From the NCBI GenBank assembly GCA_040217195.1, contig JAVJNR010000004.1, positions 800,001 through 864,000 of the forward strand: a DNA stretch of 64,000 nucleotides, given 5' to 3'. The stretch's first letter is position 1. Each line of letters begins with the position of its first letter. The DNA comes from Leptospiraceae bacterium (lineage in GTDB: Bacteria; Spirochaetota; Leptospiria; Leptospirales; Leptonemataceae). The notes under the pieces were generated by a model. It made no database searches, had not been told where the DNA came from, and was given only the letters and a program-made list of their open reading frames with translations. Shown here piece by piece: positions 28,570-38,805 of the stretch. The position numbers and the translations under genes were made by a program.

Positions 28570-29319
28570 ATGATCCAGTTTAAAGACCATTTTTCCCGAC
28601 AATCCGGTGATTATGCGAAATTTCGCCCGCACTATCCTGTTGAACTATTTGACCAACTTTCCAGAATGTGCAGTAATCAAAGTGCTCTGGACATTGGCAC
28701 AGGGAATGGTCAATGCGCCCATGAACTGGCCAGGTTTTTCAAGACCGTTATCGCCATTGATCCCAGCGAAAATCAGATCGCTCATGCCAGATTGCATCCA
28801 TCTATTCAATTTCGCGTAGCTCCGGCAGAGAAAACCGGATGCGAAGATGAATCCATGGACCTGATCACCGTAGCTCAGGCTTTGCACTGGTTTGATCATA
28901 AACGATTTTTCGCAGAAACCTTTCGCGTTCTTCGCCCGGGTGGTCTGCTGGCTGCCTGGGGATACGGACATCACCTGGTGGAAGGATGCCAGGATGCGAT
29001 GGACCATTATTACCATAATGTTGTGGGACCATACTGGCCTCCAGAGCGAGAAAGCATTGAAGCTCAGTATCAGGACATCGAAGTTCCTTCCTGGCTATTG
29101 CAGACGGATCCTCCGGTTGTAGAGATGAAAGCCTTCTGGGATCGAAACCAACTATTGGGGTACATCTCTACCTGGTCGGCAGTGCAGAAATATATGGAAG
29201 AAAATCGGAAGGATCCGGTACCCCTTCTGGAAGAGGCACTCAAGAATTGTTGGCCGGAAGCCCGGCAAAAGCGAACTGTGAAGTGGCCTTTTTTCTTTAT
29301 TATTGGCAGAAAGCCATAG
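28570..29319 (+). CDS. Class I SAM-dependent methyltransferase
   Basis: FKDHFS..YAKFRPHYP, LDIGTGNGQ, AQALHWF, LRPGG. Confidence 0.92.
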   Translation: MIQFKDHFSRQSGDYAKFRPHYPVELFDQLSRMCSNQSALDIGTGNGQCAHELARFFKTVIAIDPSENQIAHARLHPSIQFRVAPAEKTGCEDESMDLITVAQALHWFDHKRFFAETFRVLRPGGLLAAWGYGHHLVEGCQDAMDHYYHNVVGPYWPPERESIEAQYQDIEVPSWLLQTDPPVVEMKAFWDRNQLLGYISTWSAVQKYMEENRKDPVPLLEEALKNCWPEARQKRTVKWPFFFIIGRKP

Positions 29320-29512
29320 TCAGATCCTGGATAAATTCCGGGTAAACATAGCCGATTGCTTACAGAAGATTTAACGGTCTCCACGTAGTCTAGAACTGCG
29401 AACAAAATTCGTCGACTCAATTGCTGCTGGTTGGTAATGGCAAACCGACCTTCCAGGTTGAAAATCCATATTTTTGCAACCCGGGCCCCTGAACCCGGTC
29501 CTATCGAGTAAG

Positions 29513-30472
29513 ATGAATACCTTACCCGTAGCCCGAGGAAAGAAAAGAGCCCTTTTAGTGGAAGGAGGCGGAATGAAAGGAGCCTTCTCCGGAGGAGCTC
29601 TGCATGCATTACATAGTTTTCGTCACTCTGAAGAGTACGATCTAATACTGGCTATATCGTCGGGCGCTTGCTCCGCTGCCTACTATGCAACCACCGCGAA
29701 TACAGATGGTGAGCAGCTTGAAAAAAATATCAGGATATGGCGGGAAGATCTTACCGGCTGGAAAATGATCTCTCCATTGAATCCGTTGATTGGCCGGCCA
29801 TTTCTGGATCAGGGCTATCTGATCGATTATCTCTTTGGCCATAAATATCCAATCGATCGACAATGGCTTGGCAATCCCAGAAGTACTCCCTTCTATATAG
29901 CAGTGACCAGTATGGAGAGGCATCAAGTTGAGTTCATCAAGGCTACTCCGGATAACCTTACCGATCTGCTAAAAGCGGCCACTTCCCTTCCTGTGGCTAC
30001 CTGGGGACAGCACCCCATGAATGGCGAACAGTACTCCGATGCCGCTATCCTCAATCCACTGCCGGTTTCAGATCTGCTGGAAGCAGGCTACAAAGATATC
30101 ACCGTGGTATTGAATTCTCCGCTGGACAACCTTTCGCCTCCTGTTCCTCGCTGGTTGGCTGCCCTGGCTTTTCCGGGTCATGCCATGGGTGAATTGATGC
30201 ACCGTAACCATCACCTGGGCTACAATAGCGGTCGTGAGCTTCTGGCCAACCCTCCAAAGGGAGTTCGATTTCATATCGCCGCTCCGGAAGTAGGTTTATC
30301 TGTGGGACTGACTGGAACCAAACCAAAAGACTTGAATGCTGCAGTAGATCAGGGCTATCTGATCGGGCTGGACCGGTTTAAGGAATTTGAAAAGAAAACA
30401 GCTACGAGAAAAAAACGAAGTCCCATTCGGGCCGGACGAAGCGAAAAGAAAACCCGGACCGCCAGGCGATAA
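29513..30472 (+). CDS. Patatin-like phospholipase
   Basis: LVEGGGMKGAFS oxyanion loop; AISSG nucleophile elbow; ATSLP; SDAA (DGG variant). Start likely ATG 29513. Confidence 0.87.
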   Translation: MNTLPVARGKKRALLVEGGGMKGAFSGGALHALHSFRHSEEYDLILAISSGACSAAYYATTANTDGEQLEKNIRIWREDLTGWKMISPLNPLIGRPFLDQGYLIDYLFGHKYPIDRQWLGNPRSTPFYIAVTSMERHQVEFIKATPDNLTDLLKAATSLPVATWGQHPMNGEQYSDAAILNPLPVSDLLEAGYKDITVVLNSPLDNLSPPVPRWLAALAFPGHAMGELMHRNHHLGYNSGRELLANPPKGVRFHIAAPEVGLSVGLTGTKPKDLNAAVDQGYLIGLDRFKEFEKKTATRKKRSPIRAGRSEKKTRTARR

Positions 30473-30538
30473 CGATTGGCCCGGTGCAGCTCCCTCATTG
30501 GAGGGATGGTGCCACCGGAAAAAAGCGATTCTGGATCC

Positions 30539-32410
30539 TCAGGGAATGCAACTCAGATGCGCCTCAATAGGTCCCACCGAATAATCACCGTCATCCCCTG
30601 GTCGGGCCCTTGAAAGCGCGTCTGGAAGCACTGGCTGAGAAAGGGACGATGGATCCAAACCACCGGTAGAAAGAGCACAGGGATTAGAAACCGAAAACCG
30701 GAAATCAGATGAAGCATCCAGAAATGACGGGGTCACAGACAGATTTCCGGTACTGGTAGCTCCACCGTACAGAGTAGCACAACCGGAATTGGTTCCAAAG
30801 GTTCCTCCGCAAATACTCAGGAATGTCTGCGTCGAGGTGCGAATGAATCCGTCCGGACAATTCCACAGATTATTGGTGGAGAGATCAACAGCGGCGGGCA
30901 GGCCTGCCAGTTCTCTTATGCAGTAGCGGTTGGTACCTCCGCCAGCCTGAATCAGGTTATTATAGATTGGTCCCGAGGGATTGGCTCCAATATCCAGACC
31001 GATAGACTCAGCTGCAGCAGTAGATGCACTACGCATATAATTATGACCGATTCTCCAGTTGCCTGCAGCATTGATGGCTAACCCGTAACTGGAATTACCT
31101 GCTTCCCGGGCGAATAAGAAACTGGAGTCTATTTCACCTGTTCCGCCGTTGATTTCCATTCCCAGGGAACGTTGCAACGCTGCAGATCCTTGAATGACGC
31201 TAGCATGGATCCTTACCGTTCCATTTTCCACACGAAGGCCAACACCGTCTTGAGCTGCACCATCCCGGGGTAGGATTCGCACACCTTCAAGAATGGTGGT
31301 TCGTGCCGGAGGAGAGGTAACTACAATCCCTTCTCGATTCGCACTGCCAGTTCCAGGATCGATTCGAACATTGTGAAAAGAGCCTCCGCCCTGCATGTAG
31401 GCGGCCACAGAATCTGTTCCACCAGGGCCGGTAACGTACAGTCCATCCACACCGGTATTTCCGTCCAGGGCACCCACAAACCTCAGTGTGCAATCCACCG
31501 GTCCGCAGCCATTCCCTCCGCTAGTAAGCACGGTGCCATTACTCCATGGATCTCTGGAAGAGAAATCCGAGGAGTAACCACCCATTAGAGATACTTTGGC
31601 CGACATATTGAATGCATTCGTTCCCAGGTTATAGGTACCGTTTGCTATCAGAACGGCACAGCTACCTGCTCCACCACATCCTGTGGTCTGGGTCACTGCA
31701 TGGGCAATGGTAGCACAGGGAGATAATGGGTTGGAACAATTATTGGTACCGGTGAGATCATCCCCGGCTGCGGATACATAACGAGCATCGGAGGCCACCA
31801 TGAAGCGCATACCGGTATCCAGCATGAAAAAGCCATCGGAATCGGTGCAATTCAACAGCTGTAATATTCGGTTTAGGCCGGCGTTCCAGTTACCCGCAGG
31901 GGATATAGTCAGAGTATCGTTGGGATGATTGGTGGTTGACCAGGCAATCGTATGCGCATCGCTTCCCAGACCAGTGGGTCCCACAGTACAGCCGCCCATG
32001 GAACGAGTAAAGCGAACCTGTACAGACTGGGATGGCTGCAGAACGGATTGGTCCGCCGGCAGGATTTCCGCCCTTTTCAGACAGTGTACCTGAACGCTTA
32101 ATTGATCCTCGGTCAGTACCCCGTCACCATTCTGGATTTCGCAAATATAGCCCGCCGGTACCGCAGAAATGACAATGTCGTATGCTTCTCCAGGCTCAAA
32201 TCGATCTTGAAACCTGAAGGAACCGGATTGGCTTAATGACTGAAAGTGGACCCCTGACTGAAGAACCAGTCCTGGATCTTCCAGCCCCTCAACGAAACCA
32301 CCGAGCACCACTCCAGGGCCTGGAATTAAGAAGAAGTCCCTGGCCCCGGGATGATCCTTGATGCAATTGCATGCGAATGCGAGCAACAACAGGTAATGGC
32401 CAAGCCTCAT
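30539..32410 (-). CDS. Large surface lipoprotein: Ig-like domains plus beta-helix (paralog A)
   Basis: Cys-containing signal; Ig-like GLEDPGLVL...YICEIQNG; YVSAAGDD...SPCATIAHAV beta-helix start; Gly/Asn/Ser-rich. Confidence 0.78.
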   Translation of the reverse strand: MRLGHYLLLLAFACNCIKDHPGARDFFLIPGPGVVLGGFVEGLEDPGLVLQSGVHFQSLSQSGSFRFQDRFEPGEAYDIVISAVPAGYICEIQNGDGVLTEDQLSVQVHCLKRAEILPADQSVLQPSQSVQVRFTRSMGGCTVGPTGLGSDAHTIAWSTTNHPNDTLTISPAGNWNAGLNRILQLLNCTDSDGFFMLDTGMRFMVASDARYVSAAGDDLTGTNNCSNPLSPCATIAHAVTQTTGCGGAGSCAVLIANGTYNLGTNAFNMSAKVSLMGGYSSDFSSRDPWSNGTVLTSGGNGCGPVDCTLRFVGALDGNTGVDGLYVTGPGGTDSVAAYMQGGGSFHNVRIDPGTGSANREGIVVTSPPARTTILEGVRILPRDGAAQDGVGLRVENGTVRIHASVIQGSAALQRSLGMEINGGTGEIDSSFLFAREAGNSSYGLAINAAGNWRIGHNYMRSASTAAAESIGLDIGANPSGPIYNNLIQAGGGTNRYCIRELAGLPAAVDLSTNNLWNCPDGFIRTSTQTFLSICGGTFGTNSGCATLYGGATSTGNLSVTPSFLDASSDFRFSVSNPCALSTGGLDPSSLSQPVLPDALSRARPGDDGDYSVGPIEAHLSCIP

Positions 32411-32499
32411 ATGCCCAGGGGGCTAACGTTCGTTATGGGCTGCAAGTAAAATATACCCGATTACCTATCATTCTGGGACTAGGTTATACTACGGAAACC

Positions 32500-34476
32500 T
32501 TACTGACACCCAGACCCTGGTTCATAGATGCCAATGCTATGGAATAAATCTGCTCCGGGCCGTTGCTGCAGATCAGCATCTGGGCGAACAGCCAGACCAT
32601 AGGTTCCCGGGTCTACACCACCCTGCGCTGCCAGGCAGGGTGAACTGGCGGAGTAATGGAAATCGCCTGCTGAAGAGTTCAGAAACACCGGATCCACGGA
32701 AATATTCTGACGAGTTCCGGCATCCGAATACATGAGCGTGCAACCCGCATTTCCGAAGGTACCGCGATTCGCTGGAATCGAAGTACCTTCATCGCAAATA
32801 GTATTATAGGCCGTTCCAAGGCTGTCTTCCATTAACCCGCTGGGACATCCAAACAGATTGTTGGAGTCCAGATCTACGGTATTGGGAAGACCCACCGAAT
32901 CGCGCATACAAAAGGATTGAGTGCTGCTGAAATTTCCAATAATCATATTGTTGATAATTGCTCCGCCAGACAGGGAAAGCGCAAAGTGAATTCCTGTAGA
33001 TGTGCCAGTCACGGCCTGATCGGCAATGATCAGGTTATGTGCGATATTGTAATTTCCCGCAGAACTAACAAGTATACCCGTAGTATTGTTCGCCACGCCA
33101 GTATAGATTCCATTTGTATGGATGTTTCCGGCTCCGCCAAGCAATACAATCGCTTCTGCGTTAGCGGTCGCTCCGTTCGTAAGAATCTGATTTAGATAGA
33201 AGTCCACGGTGCCGGAGGTAATGACGGCCGCTCGCGCCGTATTGGCTGTATTTCCCTGCACTTCAATGCGATTGCCAGTGATTACACTCAGCCCGGCACC
33301 AGTAATGCTAAGTGCAGTACGGGAATTAATCCCATTACCTGCCATGATTCTGTTGTTGGACAATCGGATGGCACCATTTACATGTACTCCATACGAATTC
33401 GCAGATCCACTCTCATCGCCCTGGATGGTAAAGCCATCAATTACTGTATTGGCATTGACGGTTACCGGAACTTGAATTGTGCATGGTCCTGGACCACAGG
33501 CGCCGCCATTGCCAGCCAGGATGGATGTTCTGGCCTGGCCGAATCGTGTGGAAAAATCTGCGGAGTAACTGCCCATCAGTGAAATGCCATCCGCCATAAT
33601 GATAGCAGAGCCGGCCGAATCATATACATCCCGGAAGTGAGGAGCGGTGCCATTGGGAGGTCCCTGAGCTACAAGTACTGCACAGTCGATAGTGCCGTTG
33701 CAGCCATTGGTAACCAGTTCATTGATTGCATAATTAATACTTGCACAGGCCCCTGCAACCGTTCCACATGTGCCGGCATCGACCCCTGTTGTGCTTACAT
33801 AGGCAACGTTGGATGTTACCAGATAGTTCAACGAAAGGTTCATGGAAACCGATCCATCAGCAGAAGTGCAATTATTCAGGATCAAGAATCTCAAACTACC
33901 TGTGGTCCATCCCGCTGTGGTAAACTCTATCGTGTCATTGGCTACGTTGGTAGTCAGTAGATTGGTAGCCAGTATGTCAGATGCCAGGTTTGCCGGCGCT
34001 GGAGTTGCCGCCGCATCCACCGTGCATCCGGTCATGGATCGGCTAAATACTATACGAATGGATTGAGTCGATTGTAGAACTGAATTATTTGGCGGGCTCA
34101 CTATGGCAGCACGGATACAGTCCACCTGAACATTGGTTACATTGGAGTTTACGATGCCCGAGCCATTCGTAATTGTGCAGGTATAGCCTGTGGGCACATT
34201 CTGGATAATGACATTGTAACTGCTGCCCTCCTGATATCTGTTGGAAAACTCAAAAGTCCCGGATGCGGCTAAATTGAGGGATGCACTTCCACTTACAAGA
34301 ACCAGACCGGGATCCTGTAAACCGGTAACGTTAACCGACACACCATATCCATTATTTGCCAGAACCAGAAATGCTTCCGAGGGGCTACCCGGATAGTCCT
34401 GAACGCATTTCCATAAGAGAGGTACAAGTAGTAGCAAGAAGAATCTGGATTTTGTCCTACGTAGCATAGTTTGCAC
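32500..34476 (-). CDS. Large surface lipoprotein: Ig-like domains plus beta-helix (paralog B)
   Basis: LLWKC lipobox-like; collinear similarity to paralog A (GLQDPGLVL, FSRSMTGCTV, SLMGSYSADFSTR, NNLFGCP, SSPC). Confidence 0.8.
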   Translation of the reverse strand: MQTMLRRTKSRFFLLLLVPLLWKCVQDYPGSPSEAFLVLANNGYGVSVNVTGLQDPGLVLVSGSASLNLAASGTFEFSNRYQEGSSYNVIIQNVPTGYTCTITNGSGIVNSNVTNVQVDCIRAAIVSPPNNSVLQSTQSIRIVFSRSMTGCTVDAAATPAPANLASDILATNLLTTNVANDTIEFTTAGWTTGSLRFLILNNCTSADGSVSMNLSLNYLVTSNVAYVSTTGVDAGTCGTVAGACASINYAINELVTNGCNGTIDCAVLVAQGPPNGTAPHFRDVYDSAGSAIIMADGISLMGSYSADFSTRFGQARTSILAGNGGACGPGPCTIQVPVTVNANTVIDGFTIQGDESGSANSYGVHVNGAIRLSNNRIMAGNGINSRTALSITGAGLSVITGNRIEVQGNTANTARAAVITSGTVDFYLNQILTNGATANAEAIVLLGGAGNIHTNGIYTGVANNTTGILVSSAGNYNIAHNLIIADQAVTGTSTGIHFALSLSGGAIINNMIIGNFSSTQSFCMRDSVGLPNTVDLDSNNLFGCPSGLMEDSLGTAYNTICDEGTSIPANRGTFGNAGCTLMYSDAGTRQNISVDPVFLNSSAGDFHYSASSPCLAAQGGVDPGTYGLAVRPDADLQQRPGADLFHSIGIYEPGSGCQ

Positions 34477-34854
34477 AAATTTCAGGCATGTTTTCCGGTG
34501 GTATTACTGCCTGGAATCTCTTTCCAGACCGCAGATTCTCAGTAAGTGAGCTCCATTTTATACAACAATCCCTGTCCGCATTTTTTCACTAATAGCAACG
34601 CCTCCTTTAGCGCCTAAGGTGCCCCTATTGCAATTAGTGTGAGGAATCAATCCAACCGGATGGCCGCCTGGTCACTCCAGACACTCTGAAATTACTGTCT
34701 GCAAAAAGGCTGCTGTACCAAAGAACCAGGTGGAAAAAACACCATCGGAAAGTAAAAAAGCTGGCCAGAAGTAAACCGGATGTTACTCTCTGGCGTCCAA
34801 TTAGGGCGATTGGGACCTACCGGTCCCGCGTATATTACCCATGGGGAGTGAGAT

Positions 34855-35205
34855 ATGAAACTGAAACTACTGGGAGTCCTGTTTGGCCTCGCATTCCTGC
34901 CCGTTGCGGCATTCGCAGATACATCAATCTATTTCTGCGAAGAGACTGGTGCTTATGGCGCTAGCTGGGGACAGGCTGACAATCACGGCGTTGCTAGATC
35001 ACAATGTGAGAAGTACGGCGGAACTGCCTGCGAAGAGCTAATTAGCTGCGGAACAGGATTTGCTGCCATCGCAACTAGCAACAATCAAGTAATTGGTGCT
35101 TCCTGCGGAGCTGGAAATCAGGGCGCTGCTAACAAGGCTGCTCTGGACGCTTGCCGCGACAGCGGTGGATCCGGTTGTGCTATCAAGCATAAGTGGAAAG
35201 GCTAA
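34855..35205 (+). CDS. Secreted Cys-rich protein, DUF4189-like
   Basis: Signal peptide AFA-D; duplicated G.S.G...A...C...GG..C unit; GGGGAG RBS. Confidence 0.8.
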   Translation: MKLKLLGVLFGLAFLPVAAFADTSIYFCEETGAYGASWGQADNHGVARSQCEKYGGTACEELISCGTGFAAIATSNNQVIGASCGAGNQGAANKAALDACRDSGGSGCAIKHKWKG

Positions 35206-35269
35206 AAATATAGAACCGATCTGACTTCCCCGATGCTACACTGGTAGTCTTAGGGAGATCTTGAAAAAT

Positions 35270-35304
35270 GGGCCGGCCTGGAGAGGTCGGCCTTTATTCT
35301 TTAT
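35270..35304 (+). terminator. Rho-independent terminator between convergent genes
   Basis: GGGCCGGCCT-GGAG-AGGTCGGCCT followed by TTATTCTTTATT. Confidence 0.72.
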
Positions 35305-35332
35305 TCTGGGTCTGCCCCTGGCTGCCCATGGA

Positions 35333-36208
35333 TTACTCTGGCCTCTTTGATAGATATTTTTCCACCAGATGAATGTATTCGGGCCCCGCTCTTTTTGGCC
35401 GCCTTCTGGATAGGCTCACAATCAATTGCTCTTCAATATTACTTGCAATCAGGTTTCCTCCGGTATCCATTACATCGTTTCGCAAGAAACAGCGAATCTT
35501 TTCAATTCGATCCACCCAGGTATGGACCGTAAGAACCTCCCCGGCCACAGGCTGTTGATAGATTCGGAATGTTCCGGATGTAAAAAAGGTAATTGTATCC
35601 AATTCCAGTATACGCTTATGATCCAGCCCAATAGCATGCGAAAAACCCCAGCGACCTTCCTCTATGAGGCGCCAGAACGCTGCGGATGGATAATTGAAAA
35701 AGGGAGATCTCTCGGAATACATGGCCGTAACCGGAGTCTGCACAGAGTCGCAGTTGGTACGTGCGTCAAACGTTGAGGGCAATTCCGAGATGATACTGGA
35801 CGGGCTGATCTCGGAGGAATCCACACCATCGCCCTTTGCTGGAAAGTCAGCAGCGTGAATCTGGCCCTCCCGCTCAAAAGCAGTGATGGTAGCAATACGA
35901 CAGGCCAGGGCTCCATCTGTTTGCTTTACTTCTTGAAGCCAGAATTGCTGATCCGCTTTGGGCTCCATGTAGGTATGGACTACAAGCTCATTACCTGGCA
36001 ATTGCTCCTTTGAAAAGGAACAGTGCGTCATCTTTGGCGTTAGACGCTCATTTTTTTCCAGCATGGAATCCAGAGGGTATCCAAGTGCCTTCATCATTCG
36101 GATCCGGCCTTCCCAGCAGAATGCCTCATAGGTGCGACTTGTGACATGCCGCTGGGTATCCATGTCAAACAGCCGGGCTGCAATATTGAAGTTTTGATAA
36201 TAGCTCAT
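35333..36208 (-). CDS. Double hot-dog acyl-CoA/acyl-ACP thioesterase family protein
   Basis: R..DMD.QRHV....Y....EGR in domain 1, repeated as EEGRW in domain 2. Confidence 0.78.
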   Translation of the reverse strand: MSYYQNFNIAARLFDMDTQRHVTSRTYEAFCWEGRIRMMKALGYPLDSMLEKNERLTPKMTHCSFSKEQLPGNELVVHTYMEPKADQQFWLQEVKQTDGALACRIATITAFEREGQIHAADFPAKGDGVDSSEISPSSIISELPSTFDARTNCDSVQTPVTAMYSERSPFFNYPSAAFWRLIEEGRWGFSHAIGLDHKRILELDTITFFTSGTFRIYQQPVAGEVLTVHTWVDRIEKIRCFLRNDVMDTGGNLIASNIEEQLIVSLSRRRPKRAGPEYIHLVEKYLSKRPE

Positions 36209-36265
36209 CCGATCCCCCCTGCACCGAACTAAATACCATGTGGACCTGTTCCGATGCCCAACCCT

Positions 36266-36310
36266 AACGAACGATCGTTCCTATGCAAACAAAAAAAACG
36301 AACGATCGTT
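36266..36310. promoter_or_regulatory. Tandem palindromic operators, probably for the adjacent TetR
   Basis: AACGAACGATCGTT at 36266-36279 and 36297-36310, each containing palindrome AACGATCGTT, in the divergent thioesterase/tetR gap. Confidence 0.75.
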
Positions 36311-36350
36311 TTGACTGGACAAAACCCGGCTTCATCTGTAAATCATAGTT

Positions 36351-36956
36351 GTGGCCCGGTCAAAGAAAAATGTAAAGGACAGAGTCCTGAACGAAGCCCT
36401 ACGGCAGTTCTATCGCGGCGGCTATTACCGCACTGGAATTCGAGACATTGCCGGAGGAGCCGATGTAGCACTGTCCAGCGTCTATGACCATTTTTCCAGC
36501 AAGGAGGAGCTGGCTCAGCAATACCTGATAGCGGAAGAAGAGCAGATGCTCCAGAATCTAAGGCTCTTAATGGAGCATTTTCCGGATATTAACGATTTTG
36601 CCCGGGCCTGGACCCTGGCAAAACGAAAGGACCTAAAGGCCGGCCGATTCCTGGGCTGCCCATTCGCCGGTTTTGCCTACCAGTCCGTAGATTTACATGC
36701 AATCCATTTATCCCAGCTAAAGAAAATCTCTACCAAGTGGATCGAAACGCTGAAGGATTATATCGAGGCCAATCAAAAGTCCGGACGAATCAGTTCCAGC
36801 GCCGACTCTCAGTACGTGGCCAGACGGATTATGGTTCTTACTCAGGGCGCCATGACCATGTGGCGGATTACTCGGGATGCCAGCTATATTGAAGTTCTAG
36901 ATCAGTACTGGAAAGAGGAGATGCAACGTATTGCACCAGCAAAGACCAGGCGATAG
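36351..36956 (+). CDS. TetR/AcrR family transcriptional regulator
   Basis: N-terminal HTH GYYRTGIRDIAGGADVALSSVYDHFSSKEEL; GCPF motif; GTG start. Confidence 0.93.
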   Translation: MARSKKNVKDRVLNEALRQFYRGGYYRTGIRDIAGGADVALSSVYDHFSSKEELAQQYLIAEEEQMLQNLRLLMEHFPDINDFARAWTLAKRKDLKAGRFLGCPFAGFAYQSVDLHAIHLSQLKKISTKWIETLKDYIEANQKSGRISSSADSQYVARRIMVLTQGAMTMWRITRDASYIEVLDQYWKEEMQRIAPAKTRR

Positions 36957-36965
36957 AGTCTTTGC

Positions 36966-37502
36966 TTATCGCCACCGCCAGTCCGGTTTGTTTATAATTT
37001 CCAGACCGGTTGCTGTAAGCAGACTTTGCAGAAATGCATCCAGGGATTCGCCAAGCTGCCTTCTGGGTAGACTGATTGCCTGACCCGTGCCCATAAGTAT
37101 TAAAGCATAGTCCGGAATAGTCACCACTGAATTAATATGGTTCAGTTTGATTTGCGTTCGTGCAGATTCATCTTCCATCACGATTTCATCGTTCAACTCA
37201 ATGCTAACTCTTCGATTTAGCATCCCCTTTAGTCCGTCTTGAATGTGTTTTCTGTAGTGCCGGCGATATCTCCAGCGAGAATAGAAGGGATACAGAACTA
37301 TCCAGAATAGCCCGATCGCTCCGAGCAAGGCGGCTGCAATGTAAAACTGGAGCCAGAGGTAGATAGGTACCAGGGAAAAGGAAATTAAGGCAACAAGAAA
37401 CCAGCCCAGCATTCTTTGTTTTTTGATTCTGCTGGATTGAGATGCCGCATACAGCTGAAAGGTCAGCAACGAATCCAGTTCAAGTGTATATTCTAATTTC
37501 AA
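36966..37502 (-). CDS. YcxB-like membrane protein
   Basis: Two central TM helices; C-terminal beta domain ending in ISLPRR. Confidence 0.72.
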   Translation of the reverse strand: MKLEYTLELDSLLTFQLYAASQSSRIKKQRMLGWFLVALISFSLVPIYLWLQFYIAAALLGAIGLFWIVLYPFYSRWRYRRHYRKHIQDGLKGMLNRRVSIELNDEIVMEDESARTQIKLNHINSVVTIPDYALILMGTGQAISLPRRQLGESLDAFLQSLLTATGLEIINKPDWRWR

Positions 37503-37705
37503 CGTAACTGCAAACCCACATCAAGGTGGCCCGGAAAGCAAATGAACCTCTACCAGACCTATCTCGATATCTGCTAATAGAATCTGTGCCAACTTTGAAT
37601 CAAGGTGATTATAGCGAATGCCATCCGAAACCCTGAAGGGTTCCGGATGGACCATAAATCATTATCCGTCTGAGACTCGGCCCATAGACAACGGATATCA
37701 GAAAT

Positions 37706-38707
37706 CTAGGTCTTTAGAGGCACCCAGTTTTCTCCGAACAATCGCTTTTGAACCTCTCCATTTTCGTAGATCTCATGATCCAGTTTTCCAATTTTACGAT
37801 AGAACATCGTTACAAAGGAAGACGATATGACGATGAAAAAGGAGTACAGGATTGGTAGCCATAGCATGCCGGCCAATAGTTGTGCCGATTCAGCAAAACT
37901 GAAGGTTACAATTCCCACAGCCAGTGGACCATTCTGAATACCGGTTTCCAGCGAAACGGTTCTTCTGTGTCGCTTGTCCAATCGCAGAACACTGGAGAGC
38001 AAATAGCCAAATAGCATTCCGCCCAGACCAACTCCGATAGCTGCCACATAGGTCTGCCATCCAGTTTCAGCCATCAGGCATCGCTTGTATGCATCTCCCA
38101 GGAAGGTACCCACCAGAAAGAGGATTACGATGATCCCCATAAAACTGGCTGTATCCTCTGCGGCTTTGGCCCAGCCTGGAGAGTAGCGCCGAAGCACCAT
38201 TCCCAGCACTACAGGAAGTAGCACAGCCACCAGACTAACTATGATCTTGGCTGTAGGGATGGCGAATTCGCCATCTCCAGGAAGCTCAATCTGGCTGGCG
38301 AAACCAGCACCGTAGTTATCCAGAATCAGGGGTGTCATTACAACGGCCGCAATTGTGGAAAACGTAGTCATAGTAATCGAAAGAGCCACATCTCCCCTGG
38401 AGAAGTAGGCAAACATATTCGAAGTAGTCCCGGCAGGTAATGAACCAACCAGAATCAACGCAATTGCCAGCATAGGATCCAGTTCCAGCCAGACGGCCAG
38501 GCCAAGGGCAACCAGAGGCATTACACCAAACTGTGAGGCAAAGCCGATCAGTACACCCTTGGGATCCTTCGTGAAATACTTAAAGTTTTGAAAGGTCAGG
38601 CCCGAGCCCATCCCAAACATAATTACCAGAATCATTATACCCAGCAGTGCTTCCTGCAGCGGATTGATCATTTGATAATCCGCGGGTATATTGCATGCTT
38701 CCATCAT
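37706..38707 (-). CDS. Bile acid:sodium symporter (BASS) family transporter
   Basis: IMFGMG..LT, QFGVMP, PAGTTSN, GDVALSITMT, ETGIQNG motifs. Confidence 0.93.
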   Translation of the reverse strand: MMEACNIPADYQMINPLQEALLGIMILVIMFGMGSGLTFQNFKYFTKDPKGVLIGFASQFGVMPLVALGLAVWLELDPMLAIALILVGSLPAGTTSNMFAYFSRGDVALSITMTTFSTIAAVVMTPLILDNYGAGFASQIELPGDGEFAIPTAKIIVSLVAVLLPVVLGMVLRRYSPGWAKAAEDTASFMGIIVILFLVGTFLGDAYKRCLMAETGWQTYVAAIGVGLGGMLFGYLLSSVLRLDKRHRRTVSLETGIQNGPLAVGIVTFSFAESAQLLAGMLWLPILYSFFIVISSSFVTMFYRKIGKLDHEIYENGEVQKRLFGENWVPLKT

Positions 38708-38805
38708 GGACTTATTCTCCTTTCGCAGAACATAATTTCTTTCCTGTGTCCGCCCTGAGGCGGAAGTTCAAGCTGCAGCGTCTGGTTGCCCTCCGCTGCG
38801 CATCT

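Noticed and set aside
28168..28571. Three overlapping short ORFs between XPB and the methyltransferase
   Set aside because: No RBS or motifs and they conflict with each other; treated as intergenic. I saw no recognisable RNA motif either.
26415..29319. XPB helicase plus methyltransferase as a BREX/DISARM-like defence pair
   Set aside because: The methyltransferase is a small-molecule class I type without DPPY/NPPY or PC motifs and is transcribed divergently.
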